64,000 nt of DNA from Thermoanaerobaculia bacterium (GTDB lineage Bacteria; Acidobacteriota; Thermoanaerobaculia; Multivoradales; UBA5704): NCBI GenBank assembly GCA_036503335.1, contig DASXXC010000419.1, forward strand, positions 20,363 through 84,362, in the 5' to 3' direction. Each line of letters starts with the position of its first letter. Position 1 is the stretch's first letter. The notes under the pieces were generated by a model that did not search any database, was not told the origin of the DNA, and was given only the letters and a program-made list of their open reading frames with translations. This document shows positions 24,713 to 35,063 of this stretch, piece after piece. The position numbers and the translations under genes are program-made.

Positions 24713-27700
24713 GGTTCCTCCAAAGGGAATGATGAAGGCCTTCTCCGCAGCGCCACGTACGCCGAAGGCACCGCGAACAGGGTCACCAGGGTCGAGAGCC
24801 CCAGCCCGCCGATGACAGCCAGGGCGAGCGGCTTCTGGAGCTCGGCGCCGGCGCCCAGGCCGAGGGCGAGGGGGAGCAGGCCGAAGAGGGTGCAGAGGGT
24901 GGTCATCAGGATCGGCCGCAGGCGCACCTGGGCCGCGTGGGCGACCGCTTCCGGGAACGGCTGCCCCTCGGCGTGGAGGCGGTGGGCGTAGTCGATCATC
25001 ACGATGCCGTTCTTCACCACCAGGCCCACGAGCAGGATCAGCCCCATGGCGGAGGAGACGTCGAGCTCCGAGCCGGCGAGGCGGAGGAGCAGGAAGGCGC
25101 CACCGAAGGAGAGCGGCGCCGCCAGGAGCAGGATGATCGACGGGGTTACCCGCCGGAATTCGATCACCAGCACCAGCAGCACCAGCGCGGCGGCGGTGGC
25201 GAAGACCAGCATCAGCTCGCGGAAGGCCTGGCGCTGCGACTGGTACTGCCCGCCCACCTCGACCGAGTAGCCCACGGGCAGCTTGAGGCCGCGCAGCCGC
25301 TTCTGGATCTCGGCCGCGGCGGTGCCGAGGTCCCGTCCTTCAAGCCGCGCGGTCACCAGCGCCACCTGCCGGAGGTTCTCGCGGGTGAGCTCGCCGTCTC
25401 CCGTGCTCACCACCGGCCGGGCCACGGAGGAGAGGGGGACGAGGCGGCCGTCCGGGGCTTTCAGGGTGAGGCGCGCCAGCCGGGCGGGATCGAAGCGGTC
25501 GCGGTCCGGATAGCGCACCCGCACGGGGATGGCGCGGTCGCCCACCTGGAGGTGGGTGGCGGTCTCGCCGGCCCAGGCGACGGCGAGCTGGTCCTGGATC
25601 TGCTCGGCGGTGAGCCCGGCGCGGCCGGCGGCTTCGAGATCGATCCGCCAGGTGAGCTCGGGAGCGCCCCGCTGCGGCCCCACGAGGTCGACCACCCCCT
25701 TCACCCCCTCCATCTTGTTCTGGACCTGCTCCGCGAGTCGGCTAAGGGTGCTGGTGTCGTCGCCGAAGATCTTCACCTCCAGCGGCTCGGCGGCCCCTTC
25801 GAGGTCGCCGATCATGTCCTGGAGGAGCTGGACGAACTCGAGATCCACGCCGGGCGCGGCCTCGGACAGCTTCGGCCGCAGGTCCGCGATCACCTCCTCG
25901 GCGGAGCGGCGGCGCTCGGAGCGGGGCTTCAGCCGCACCAGGATGTCCCCCTTGTTGGGCTGGGTGGCGAAGAGGCCGAGCTCGGCGCCGGTGCGGCGGG
26001 AGAAGGCGGCCACCTCGGGGGTCTTGGCGATCTGTGCCTCCACCTTGCGGAGCAGCCGGTCGGTCTCGGCGAGGGCGGTGCCGGGTGGCGTCAGGTAGTC
26101 GATCACGAAGCCCCCCTCGTCCATGGGCGGCAGGAAGCCGCTGGGCATGCCGAGGTAGAGGAGATAGCCAACCACCGCCAGCCCGAGGGCGGCGGCCACC
26201 GCGGCCCAGGGGCGGCGCACCGAGGCGGCGAGCGCCCGCGCGTAGCCGCGCTCCAGCCGGCTGGGCCCCGCTCCTTGGCCGTGCTCGCCGTGGCGGTAGG
26301 CGAAGTGGGAGAGCAGGGGGATGAGGGTGAGCGAGAGCACCAGCGAGACCAGCACGGAGACCGAGAGGGTGAGCGACAGGGCGCGGAAGAACTGCCCCAC
26401 CACGCCGGAGAGGAAGCCGAGCGGCGTCAGCACCACCACCGTAGTGAGGGTGGAGCCCACGACGGGCGCGATCAGCTCGGCTGTAGCCTCTTCGATCGCT
26501 TTTTCTCCGCGCCCCGCGCGCAGCCGCCGGTGGATGTTCTCCACCATCACCACCGCGTCGTCGATCACCAGGCCGATGGCGACCGCGAGGCCGCCCATCG
26601 ACATTAAATTGATCGATTCGCCGAACAGGCGCATGAAGAGGAAGGTGGCGAGCACGGTGAGCGGCAGGGTGATCGAGGCGATCAGGGTCACCCGCCAGTC
26701 GCGCAGGAAGAAGAGGAGCACCAGCACGGCCAGGGCGCCGCCGATCAGGATGGCGTCGCGCACGTTGGCGATGGCGGTGGCCACGAACTCGGCGAGGTCG
26801 TAGACCTTGGAGAGGCGGAGCCCCGAGGGGAGGGTATGGGTGAGCTCCCTGAGCGTCCCCTCGACGCCGTCCTTGACCGCCAGGATGCTGGCCCCAGGCT
26901 GCTGGGAGACGTTGATCACGGCGGCGTCGCGGCCGTTGCCGGTGATCAGGGAGGTGCGGTCCGGCGAGCCGGGGAAGACCTGGGCCACGTCGGCCACCCG
27001 TACCGTGGCGCCGTTGCGCACGGCCACCGGGGTGCGGCCGATCTCGGCGGCGGAGCCCCAGAGGGCCGAGGCCAGCACCAGATGCTCCAGGCCGCCGGCG
27101 GCATAGCGCCCCACGGGGGCCAGGCGGTTGGCGGCGCGCAGGGCGTTGACCACGTCATCAATCGTGAGATTGGCGGCCAGCAGGCGGTCCGGATCGGCCG
27201 CCACCTCGATCTCCCGGGTGTCGGTGGCGTCCACCTCGACCCGGCCCACGCCCGGCACGCGGGCCAGGGCCGGGCGGATGACGAAGAAGGCGTAGTCGCG
27301 GAGGTCCGGGGTGGGCAGGCCGCCGGTGAGGTTGAGGCTGAGCATGGGGAAGGCCGAGACGGTGAGGCGCTCGACGGTGAGCTCGGTCTCGGCCGGCAGC
27401 TCCTGGCGGACCTCCGCCACCCGGTTCTGGAGCTGCTGGAGGGCCCCGGCCATGTCGGTCCGGGGGTCGAATTGCGCGGAGATCTCGGTGGCGCCGCGGA
27501 AGGTGCGCGAGCGCACCCGGCGGATGCCCGGCACCTCCATGGCCGCCTGCTCCAGCGGCCGGGTCACCGAGGTCATCATGGTGCGCGCGGGGAGCGAGCC
27601 GGTGTGGGCGATCACGATCAGCCGGGGGAACTGGAGCGGCGGATAGATGTCGCTCGGCAGCGAGGGGAGCACCACCGCGCCGGCCCCGGCCAGCAGGAGG

Positions 27701-27753
27701 GTGATCAGCAGGACCGCGCGTCCCTGGGCGCCGGCGAAGCGGGCGAAGGTCAC
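24709..27753 (-). CDS. RND efflux permease (CzcA/AcrB superfamily)
   Basis: 1014 aa and 12-TM RND architecture; the N-terminus MTFARFAGAQGRAVLLITLLLAGAGAVVLPSLPSDIYP is typical. It is translationally coupled to the MFP gene. Confidence 0.95.
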   Translation of the reverse strand: MTFARFAGAQGRAVLLITLLLAGAGAVVLPSLPSDIYPPLQFPRLIVIAHTGSLPARTMMTSVTRPLEQAAMEVPGIRRVRSRTFRGATEISAQFDPRTDMAGALQQLQNRVAEVRQELPAETELTVERLTVSAFPMLSLNLTGGLPTPDLRDYAFFVIRPALARVPGVGRVEVDATDTREIEVAADPDRLLAANLTIDDVVNALRAANRLAPVGRYAAGGLEHLVLASALWGSAAEIGRTPVAVRNGATVRVADVAQVFPGSPDRTSLITGNGRDAAVINVSQQPGASILAVKDGVEGTLRELTHTLPSGLRLSKVYDLAEFVATAIANVRDAILIGGALAVLVLLFFLRDWRVTLIASITLPLTVLATFLFMRLFGESINLMSMGGLAVAIGLVIDDAVVMVENIHRRLRAGRGEKAIEEATAELIAPVVGSTLTTVVVLTPLGFLSGVVGQFFRALSLTLSVSVLVSLVLSLTLIPLLSHFAYRHGEHGQGAGPSRLERGYARALAASVRRPWAAVAAALGLAVVGYLLYLGMPSGFLPPMDEGGFVIDYLTPPGTALAETDRLLRKVEAQIAKTPEVAAFSRRTGAELGLFATQPNKGDILVRLKPRSERRRSAEEVIADLRPKLSEAAPGVDLEFVQLLQDMIGDLEGAAEPLEVKIFGDDTSTLSRLAEQVQNKMEGVKGVVDLVGPQRGAPELTWRIDLEAAGRAGLTAEQIQDQLAVAWAGETATHLQVGDRAIPVRVRYPDRDRFDPARLARLTLKAPDGRLVPLSSVARPVVSTGDGELTRENLRQVALVTARLEGRDLGTAAAEIQKRLRGLKLPVGYSVEVGGQYQSQRQAFRELMLVFATAAALVLLVLVIEFRRVTPSIILLLAAPLSFGGAFLLLRLAGSELDVSSAMGLILLVGLVVKNGIVMIDYAHRLHAEGQPFPEAVAHAAQVRLRPILMTTLCTLFGLLPLALGLGAGAELQKPLALAVIGGLGLSTLVTLFAVPSAYVALRRRPSSFPLEEP

Positions 27754-28835
27754 GGCTCGGGCTCCGCCGTCTCCGTCATCTCCACGGTGGCGCCGTCGGG
27801 GAGGGCCGTCTGGCCGCGCACCACCACCGTGTCGCCGGCCTTGACGCCGGAGAGGATCTCGGCCTGGCCATCCGCCGTCACGCCCACCGTCACCTCGCGG
27901 CGGTGGGCCTTCTTCTGGCCGTCCACGATGTAGACGAAGCTCTGCGTCCCCTCCTGCACCAGGGCGTCGGCGGGGACGAGCACGGCGGCCGGGCGCTCCT
28001 CGCCGTAGATTTCGACGTCCACCGCCAGGCCCGCGGGCCGGCGGGTGGGCTGATCGAAGGCGAGCCGCGCCAGGGCGGTCCCGGTGGCGGGATCGACGGC
28101 AGGCGGCCGGGCGATGACGCGGGCAGTCTCGTCCGGGAAGGAGCCGCCGCGCACCCGCGCGGGGCTCCCCACGGCGATCCGTCCGAGCTCGCCCGCGGGC
28201 ACCGCGGCCTCCACTTGCAATCGGGATGGGTCGATCAGGCGGATCAGCGGCTCGGGGGCGCCGGGCTCGACGAGATCCCCCACCTGATGCGAGCGGCCGA
28301 CCACCACGCCGTCGAAGGGGGCGCGCACCACCTCGCGTCCGGCGAGGCGTCCGGCGGCCGAGGTGGAGCTGCGGGCCTCGGCTACGGTGGCCTCCGCCTG
28401 GGCCACGTCGCGGCGGGCGTCCTCCACCTCCTTGCGGGCGGCGATGCCGCGGTCGTAGAGCCCGGAGAGGCGGGTGAGATTCTGCCGCGCCGTCTCGAGC
28501 TGGGCCTGCCCCCGCGCGAGATCGGAACGCCGGGCGGCGGCGTCCGCCTCCAGACTGGGGATCTCGAAGCGGATCAGCAGATCGCCGCGCCGTACATGGT
28601 CCCCCACCACCTTCGGCATCTCCGCGACGCGGGCCTCCTGCGGCGGCGATACCTGAAAATCCGCTCCCGCCGCCGGCTTCACCTGTCCGGTGGCGGCGAC
28701 CACGGCGCGGATGGGGCCGGCGTGGGCCGTGGCGACCGTGACCGGGACGGCCTCGGCGGTCTCCACCGCCTCGGGGGCGGCTTTGTGGCAGGCGGCGAGG
28801 AGGAGGGCCAGGCCCAACAAACGGAGGGTCTTCAC
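27750..28835 (-). CDS. RND efflux periplasmic adaptor (membrane fusion protein)
   Basis: Lipoprotein-like N-terminus (LLLAACHK), coiled-coil hairpin region and beta-barrel C-terminus. Overlaps its neighbours by 4 nt. Confidence 0.9.
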   Translation of the reverse strand: MKTLRLLGLALLLAACHKAAPEAVETAEAVPVTVATAHAGPIRAVVAATGQVKPAAGADFQVSPPQEARVAEMPKVVGDHVRRGDLLIRFEIPSLEADAAARRSDLARGQAQLETARQNLTRLSGLYDRGIAARKEVEDARRDVAQAEATVAEARSSTSAAGRLAGREVVRAPFDGVVVGRSHQVGDLVEPGAPEPLIRLIDPSRLQVEAAVPAGELGRIAVGSPARVRGGSFPDETARVIARPPAVDPATGTALARLAFDQPTRRPAGLAVDVEIYGEERPAAVLVPADALVQEGTQSFVYIVDGQKKAHRREVTVGVTADGQAEILSGVKAGDTVVVRGQTALPDGATVEMTETAEPEP

Positions 28836-30097
28836 GGCAGCGGCTCTCCGATCGCCCGCTCCAGGTCGGCGAGCGCGTTCTGGTAGTCGATCCCGGCCTG
28901 CACCGCCTGGAGGCGCAGGTCGTGCACGGATTGCAGGCTCTGGAGCAGGGCCACGAGGCCGGTCTGGCCCGAGCGGTAGGAGTCCTCGGCCAGGCGCTCC
29001 ACCTCGGCGGCGCGGGGGAGGATCTCGTCGCGGTAGCGCAGATAGGCCTGCCGCTGCACCTCGGCGTTGGCGGCGGCGGACCAGACCTCGCCGCGCACGC
29101 GCGCCGCGGCGGCGTCGCGCTCGGCCTGGAGGCGCGCCAGCGTCGCCTCCTCCAGACGCACCTGAGCCCCGCGGGTGAAGATCCGCAGCGGCACGGCGAG
29201 GGAGGCGCGCCAGCCCCAGGTGAAATCCGGCGGCGAATAGTGGGTGACCCCGGCGGCGGCGGTCAGATCCGGCACCGCCTCGGCGCGGGCGAGCTCCACC
29301 TGCGCTTTCTGCTGGGCGAGCCCCAGATCCAGCACGGAGAGCTCGGTGCTCGACCGCAGGGCCAGATCGACGGCGGCCTGCGCAGGCGGCACCTTTCCGG
29401 CGTCCAGGAGATCGCTCACCACCAGGGGATCGTCCGGGGGCCGGCGGAGCAGGGCGTTTAGATCGGCCCGCGCGCCGGCCAGGAGCCCCCGGGCCTTGTC
29501 GGCCTCTCCCGCGCCTTGAGCCGCGGAGAGCTCGGCCTGGAGCACGTCGAGGCGGGGGACGTCGCCGGCCTCGAAGCGGGCGCGGGCGGCGTCGCGGGCC
29601 CTCTCGGCCAGGCTCTGGAGCTCGGCCGCCTCCGCCGCCCGCCGCTGCGCCGCGGCGAGGGCGAAATAGGCCCGGCGGATCTCGTTCCGGGTCTGAGCCT
29701 CCAGGCGCGCGATCTCCGCCTCGTTGCTCCGGGCCTGCGCCTCGGCCAGCGCGATCCGCCGCCGCCGCTTCCCCCCGCGCTCGATCGGCACCGAGAGCCC
29801 GGCCGAGTCGCGCGGATAGTCCCTGGCCTCCTCGACCGACAGCTCGGGATTCGGCCGCTGGCGCGCCACCTCCCCGCGCACCTGGGCCTCCGCCCGGCCG
29901 AGCCGGGCCGCGGCCAGCGCCGGATTGGCCGACAGGGCGGCCGTCATCACCTGGTCCAGCGTCAGAGGAGGAGGGAAAGGCGGAGGAGCCTCGGCGTGGC
30001 CGGGCAGCGCGGTCTGGAGGCTGAGGAGAGCACCGAGGAGCAGGGCGCGCACGGGTGGACTCTGTCTCGTCCCGAGGGCCTCGTCAAGGGACGGCAT
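28832..30097 (-). CDS. TolC-family outer membrane efflux protein
   Basis: Signal peptide plus the two-repeat alpha-helical/beta-barrel TolC pattern (LTLDQVMTAALSANPALAAARL...). First gene of the three-gene efflux operon. Confidence 0.85.
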   Translation of the reverse strand: MPSLDEALGTRQSPPVRALLLGALLSLQTALPGHAEAPPPFPPPLTLDQVMTAALSANPALAAARLGRAEAQVRGEVARQRPNPELSVEEARDYPRDSAGLSVPIERGGKRRRRIALAEAQARSNEAEIARLEAQTRNEIRRAYFALAAAQRRAAEAAELQSLAERARDAARARFEAGDVPRLDVLQAELSAAQGAGEADKARGLLAGARADLNALLRRPPDDPLVVSDLLDAGKVPPAQAAVDLALRSSTELSVLDLGLAQQKAQVELARAEAVPDLTAAAGVTHYSPPDFTWGWRASLAVPLRIFTRGAQVRLEEATLARLQAERDAAAARVRGEVWSAAANAEVQRQAYLRYRDEILPRAAEVERLAEDSYRSGQTGLVALLQSLQSVHDLRLQAVQAGIDYQNALADLERAIGEPLP

Positions 30098-30193
30098 ATG
30101 GAATGCAGTACTCCGAGGCTCGTGGCGGAGGGGCGGACGTCTCGCCCCTGCACGGCTCGCAGCTCAGACCGTGTCGGTCGGGAGGAAGCGCCC

Positions 30194-31033
30194 ATGAAAC
30201 CCCCCTTTCATTCCAAGCTGTCTACCTATCTTCTTCTCTCGATGATGCTCGCCGGCTCCGCGGCCTGGGCCCAGGATAAGCCGCCGGCCTCCGCGCCGCC
30301 TGGCGCTCCGGAAGCGTCGGCGCCGGGCTTTTTCTATCTGGTCCGCACCGACCTGCGGGACGTGCTCGGCGCGCCGCGCCACTGGACGGGCCGGCAGTGG
30401 GAGCACTTCTCGTTCGCCGTGGCGGGCATCGGCGCGGCGGCCCTCCTGGACCGCACGGTGCGCGACCGGGAGCTGCACGATCACAGCCATTTCTCCGATC
30501 AGGTCGCCAGGGACTTCGAGCAGTTCGGCACGACCGGCGCCTTCGGAACCATGGGAGCCTTCTACCTCGTCGGCCTGGTCAGCGACGACGCGCGGGCCCG
30601 CTCGGTGGGGGCGGACGGCCTGATCTCCACCCTGATCGCGGGCGGCATCGTCACCCCGGCGCTGAAGCTCGTGGTTGGCCGCCGGCGCCCGCGGGATACG
30701 GACAAGACGTTCGACCTCAAGCCGTTCAGCGGCAATTCGTCGTTCCCGTCCGGGCACTCGACCGAGGCCTTCGCCGTGGCCTCGGTGATCGCGACCCACT
30801 ACGATCAGCGCTGGGTCCAGGTGGTCTCCTACGGCTCGGCGACCCTGGTCGGCTTCGCTCGCATCCACCACCGGGCGCACTTTCTCTCGGACGTGACGGC
30901 GGGAGCGATCATCGGCACCGCGACCGGCAGGTCGGTCGTCCACCGCAACGAGGAGGAGCGCCACAAGTACGCCCTGATGCCCGTGGTGGGTCCCCACGGC
31001 GAGCCGGGGGTGGGGATGGCGTTCAGCTTCTAG
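30194..31033 (+). CDS. PAP2-family phosphatase (signal peptide)
   Basis: KLVVGRRRP, PSGHS and SRIHHRAHFLSD are the KxxxxxxRP / PSGH / SRxxxxxHxxxD motifs. The start is set at MKPPFHS, after the upstream antisense overlap. Confidence 0.85.
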   Translation: MKPPFHSKLSTYLLLSMMLAGSAAWAQDKPPASAPPGAPEASAPGFFYLVRTDLRDVLGAPRHWTGRQWEHFSFAVAGIGAAALLDRTVRDRELHDHSHFSDQVARDFEQFGTTGAFGTMGAFYLVGLVSDDARARSVGADGLISTLIAGGIVTPALKLVVGRRRPRDTDKTFDLKPFSGNSSFPSGHSTEAFAVASVIATHYDQRWVQVVSYGSATLVGFARIHHRAHFLSDVTAGAIIGTATGRSVVHRNEEERHKYALMPVVGPHGEPGVGMAFSF

Positions 31034-31790
31034 CCCGCAGCACGCGCGCCAGCAGCGAGACGGCGACATCCAGGTTCTTGTCCGTCAGGCCGGGGCCGAG
31101 GATGCGGGCGCGGGACTGCCGGTTCGCCAGCCGCTCGTTGTAGGAGACCTGGGGAAGCGCCCGCCGCATCTCCTCCACCAAAAGGGTGAAGTTGGCCTGC
31201 ACCGACGGCTGCAAGGCGTGTCCGAAGGAGCGATAGTCGAGCGCGCCCGAGCGGAACACCAGCGGCGGATGCCCGGGCGCGTAGAGGTGGAAGAATTCCT
31301 CCCGGTCCACCGACGTCACCTTGTCGGTCGTGCGGACGGTCTTGGTCATCATCAGCCCCTGGGTCAGCACCGCCCGGCTGAGGCTGAATTTCCGCTGCTC
31401 GGTCGTCTTCGTCTCTGTCCGCTCGTCGAGCTTGACCCCGCGCAGGAAGAGGTCGAGGTCCCGGTAGACGATCCGGGTGGTGTCGCCCCGGCGGGAGGTG
31501 GCCGTGATCCCCTGGCCGTCGAGCTCGAAGCCGCGGACGAGGAAGCGCCGGGCGTCGGTCTCGAGGTCGTCGTCGGTCAGCAGGATGGGGGAGATCCCGT
31601 TCGCCCGCAGGCGTCCGGCGCAGGCCCAGGCGGGCTCGATCTCCCCATAGCGGGCGACCACGGCCGGCCCCCCTTCCGGATCGGACAGCCTTGCCCGCAC
31701 CTCGTACGCGGTCTTGTCGAGCGCCTCCGCCAGCGCTCCGGCCAGGGCCTCCCCGCCACCGGGGGCGTAGTGGATGGCGATCACGTTCAC
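31023..31790 (-). CDS. Hypothetical protein
   Basis: Coding-like ORF with no motif I recognise. Confidence 0.45.
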   Translation of the reverse strand: MNVIAIHYAPGGGEALAGALAEALDKTAYEVRARLSDPEGGPAVVARYGEIEPAWACAGRLRANGISPILLTDDDLETDARRFLVRGFELDGQGITATSRRGDTTRIVYRDLDLFLRGVKLDERTETKTTEQRKFSLSRAVLTQGLMMTKTVRTTDKVTSVDREEFFHLYAPGHPPLVFRSGALDYRSFGHALQPSVQANFTLLVEEMRRALPQVSYNERLANRQSRARILGPGLTDKNLDVAVSLLARVLRARS

Positions 31791-31971
31791 GGCTCCACTC
31801 TGGCGCCTCGGGGGCGGCAGGTCAAGTGGCGCGGGCGCGGGCGTGGCATGTTCCTTGCCATTTTCGAAATCCAGGTGGATGGAAACGATTCAATCCGCCG
31901 ATGGATCCCTCCCATGTTGACGCATCTCCAAACACTCACCCGAATTCGCATCCTGGAAGGAGAGCACGATC

Positions 31972-33261
31972 ATGAAGTCTTGCAGCCCATGCCGTCGTCC
32001 CTTGGCGTACTGTCTCCTCGCGCTCGTGCTGCTCGCGGCTCCCGCCGTCCGCGCGGCCAAATTCGTGGGCGATTACTCTGAGTGGTCGGTCTATGGCCAC
32101 GATTACGTCCCCGCCGACATCCCCGCCGACAAGCTCACCCACATCAATTACGCGTTCATCGTCCCGGCCGGCCCCGACGCCAACGGCAACTACGCCTGCG
32201 CCATCTCCGATACCTGGGCAGCCGAGCAGAAGCCGCTCGACCGGCTGGTGCCCGGCACCGACACCTCCAAGGGCGAGGACCTCGGCACCCTCAACCAGCT
32301 CCGGAAGCTGCGCTCCTGGCGCCTGCAGAACGGGCAGGTCCTGCCGCTGATCCTGATCGTCGGCGGCTCCTCCGGCTCCGGCGCCTTCTCGGGCGCGGCG
32401 GCGACCGACGCCACGCGGACCGCGTTCGCGAATTCCTGCGTCGGCCTGATGATGAACGAGGCCTTCGACGGCCTTGAGATCGACTGGGAGTTTCCGGCGA
32501 GCACGGAGACCGCCAACGTCACCGCCCTGCTCCAGAAGCTCCGCGGCACGCTCGACGCCCAGGGGACCGACCCCCGCACGGGCGCCCACTATCTGCTGAC
32601 CCTGGCCGGCCCGGGGGACGCCTACTACCTCAGCCGCTTCGACGTCGCCGGCATCCAGCCCTACCTCGACTGGGTCGACGTCATGAGCTACGACTTCCAC
32701 GGCTGCTGGGGAGGGACGGACCACACCGGCCACAACGCGCCGCTCTACGGCTCCGCGGACGATCCGGACGGCGCCACTTTCAGCGTCAGCCAGGGGATCT
32801 CCGACTGGATCAGCCGCGGGATGCCCGCCGCCAAGATCCTCCTCGGGCTGCCCTACTACGGCAAGGCCTTCCAGGCGCTCACGGACGCCGGCCCGAACGG
32901 CTCCTATCCCGGCCGGTACGCGGGGGTCGACCCGGCGCAGAACGACGGCACGACCTGCGCGCCGGGCACCTGGGGGAACGACGGCGGTCTCGACTACTGG
33001 GACCTCGCCGCCAACTACGTCAACGTGAACGGTTACGTCCACTACTGGGACGGACAACAGGGGGTCCCCTTCCTCTGGAAGGACCTGACCCGCTGGGTCA
33101 CCTACGACGACGCCCAGAGCCTCGCGGGCAAGGCCACGTTCGCGCGCAACCAGGGGCTGGGCGGGGTCTTCGTCTGGGAGCTCTCGCTGGAGTCCGCTCC
33201 CACACAGGTGCCCAAGACTTATCCGCTCACCAACGCGGTGGCGGGGAGCTTGAATCCGTAG
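31972..33261 (+). CDS. Secreted glycoside hydrolase family 18 chitinase
   Basis: Signal peptide, then the catalytic DGLEIDWEFP (DxxDxDxE) motif and MSYDFHG. Confidence 0.9.
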   Translation: MKSCSPCRRPLAYCLLALVLLAAPAVRAAKFVGDYSEWSVYGHDYVPADIPADKLTHINYAFIVPAGPDANGNYACAISDTWAAEQKPLDRLVPGTDTSKGEDLGTLNQLRKLRSWRLQNGQVLPLILIVGGSSGSGAFSGAAATDATRTAFANSCVGLMMNEAFDGLEIDWEFPASTETANVTALLQKLRGTLDAQGTDPRTGAHYLLTLAGPGDAYYLSRFDVAGIQPYLDWVDVMSYDFHGCWGGTDHTGHNAPLYGSADDPDGATFSVSQGISDWISRGMPAAKILLGLPYYGKAFQALTDAGPNGSYPGRYAGVDPAQNDGTTCAPGTWGNDGGLDYWDLAANYVNVNGYVHYWDGQQGVPFLWKDLTRWVTYDDAQSLAGKATFARNQGLGGVFVWELSLESAPTQVPKTYPLTNAVAGSLNP

Positions 33262-33319
33262 GCGGGCAGGGACAAAGGACGTAAAAGACCGCAAGGACTG
33301 CAAGGACGACGTGCCATTG

Positions 33320-33345
33320 TAGAGACGCCCCGTGGGGCGTCTCTG
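33320..33345. repeat. 24-bp perfect palindrome (agagacgcccc-gt-ggggcgtctct), copy 1
   Basis: Visible in the sequence. A near-identical second copy lies ~100 bp downstream. Confidence 0.7.
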
Positions 33346-33423
33346 AGGCGGTGACATCCGCTACGCAACCCCGAACGCCCCGCGGACACGCCATGGCACA
33401 TGGAAACGGTGCTGCCGACTCCG

Positions 33424-33450
33424 GAGACGCCCCACGGGGCGTCTCTACAG
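33424..33450. repeat. 24-bp palindrome (ggagacgcccc-ac-ggggcgtctct), copy 2
   Basis: Second copy of the same palindrome. Both flanking antisense ORFs translate the same ETPHGASLQW peptide because of it. Confidence 0.7.
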
Positions 33451-33514
33451 TGGCAAGGCCGTCCTTGCGGTCCTTTATGTCCTTGGGATAGAACCGTTTC
33501 AAGGAGGGACTGGC

Positions 33515-35053
33515 ATGAGCGGAGAGCAACAGCTTTCGGGACCCGATCTGTCGCAGGGAGTATCTTTGGCGGAGCTGCCGGACGGCGGCCAGCTCCTCGG
33601 GCACAGCGGCGGCGAGGCGGTGCTGGTGGTGCGGCGGGGGGAGGAGATCTTCGCCATCGGCGCCACCTGCACCCACTACGGCGGCCCGCTGGCGGAGGGG
33701 ATCGTGGTGGGGGACACGGTGCGCTGCCCCTGGCATCACGCCTGTTTCAGCCTGCGCACCGGCGAGGCGCTGCGGGCGCCGGCCCTCAACCCGGTCTCCT
33801 GCTACCGGGTGGAGCGCGCGGGGGACCGGATCACCATCCGCGAAAAGATCGACGCGATCCCACAGCGCCAGGCGGCCGGTCCTGATCCAGTCATCATCGT
33901 GGGATCGGGGGCCGCCGGGAATGCCGCCGCCGAGGCGCTCCGCCGCGAGGGGTACGGCGGGAAGATCCTGATGCTCGATCCCGAGGGGGAGATCCCCTAC
34001 GACCGGCCCAATCTCTCGAAGGACTACCTCGCCGGCAACGCCCCCGAGGAGTGGATTCCGCTCCATCCGCCCGACTTCTACGAGGAGAAGAGGATCGAGC
34101 TGGTGAAGGGGGCGCGGGCCACGGCGATCGATCCCAAGGCCAGGACGCTCACCCTCTCGGACGGCCGCTCGCTCTCCTGGGGGGCGCTGCTGCTCGCCAC
34201 CGGCGCCGAGCCGATCCATCTGCCCATCCCCGGCGCGGACCGGCCCCACGTCCACGTCCTGCGCTCACTGGCGGACAGCCGGTCGATCATCGAGGCGGCG
34301 AAATCCGCCAGGAAGGCGGTGGTGATCGGCGCCAGCTTCATCGGCCTGGAGGTGGCCGCGTCGCTGCGGGCCCGCGAGGTCGAGGTGACGGTGGTGGCGC
34401 CCGAGGACCGGCCGCTGGGGAAGATCCTGGGGCCGGAGCTGGGCGATTACATCCGCTCGCTGCACGAGGAGCACGGGGTCACCTTCCGGCTCGGCCGCAA
34501 GCCGGCGTCGATCGAGGAGCGGGAGGTCCGGCTGGACGACGGCTCGTCGCTGCCGGCCGATCTGGTGGTGATGGGGGTCGGGGTCAAGCCCCGGCTGGAG
34601 CTGGCACAGGGGGCCGGGCTCGACGTCGACAACGGCGTGCTGGTGAACGAATTCCTGGAGACGAGCGCGCCGGGGATCTTCGCGGCGGGGGACATCGCCC
34701 GCTGGCCCGACCCCTGGTCGGAGGAGCGCATCCGCGTCGAGCACTGGGTGGTGGCCGAGCGCCAGGGTCAGACGGCGGCGCTCAACATCCTGGGCCGGAA
34801 GGAGCCCTACGACGACGCGCCTTTCTTCTGGAGCCAGCACTACGACGTCGCCATCTCCTACGTGGGGCACGCCACGAAGTGGGACACCATCGAGGTCTCG
34901 GGGTCGATCCCGGAGAAGAACGCGGTGGTCACCTACCGCACCGGCGACCGCATCGCCGCCGTGGCGACCATCTTCCGCGACAGGGAGAGCCTGGAGGCGG
35001 AGATCGCCATGGAGGCGGGGGACGCGACGGCGGTGGAGCGGGCGGTGGGGTAG
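33515..35053 (+). CDS. Rieske [2Fe-2S] domain fused to an FAD/NAD(P)-dependent pyridine nucleotide-disulfide oxidoreductase (ferredoxin-reductase-like)
   Basis: CTHYGGPL...CPWHHACF are the Rieske ligands; [15 protein letters not shown] is the FAD Rossmann motif and [13 protein letters not shown] the NAD Rossmann motif. Confidence 0.9.
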   Translation: MSGEQQLSGPDLSQGVSLAELPDGGQLLGHSGGEAVLVVRRGEEIFAIGATCTHYGGPLAEGIVVGDTVRCPWHHACFSLRTGEALRAPALNPVSCYRVERAGDRITIREKIDAIPQRQAAGPDPVIIVGSGAAGNAAAEALRREGYGGKILMLDPEGEIPYDRPNLSKDYLAGNAPEEWIPLHPPDFYEEKRIELVKGARATAIDPKARTLTLSDGRSLSWGALLLATGAEPIHLPIPGADRPHVHVLRSLADSRSIIEAAKSARKAVVIGASFIGLEVAASLRAREVEVTVVAPEDRPLGKILGPELGDYIRSLHEEHGVTFRLGRKPASIEEREVRLDDGSSLPADLVVMGVGVKPRLELAQGAGLDVDNGVLVNEFLETSAPGIFAAGDIARWPDPWSEERIRVEHWVVAERQGQTAALNILGRKEPYDDAPFFWSQHYDVAISYVGHATKWDTIEVSGSIPEKNAVVTYRTGDRIAAVATIFRDRESLEAEIAMEAGDATAVERAVG

Positions 35054-35063
35054 ACTCCCGCGA

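Noticed and set aside
24709-30097. Efflux triad as a novel system
   Set aside because: A standard TolC-MFP-RND (CzcCBA-like order) operon with 4-nt overlaps. Ordinary.
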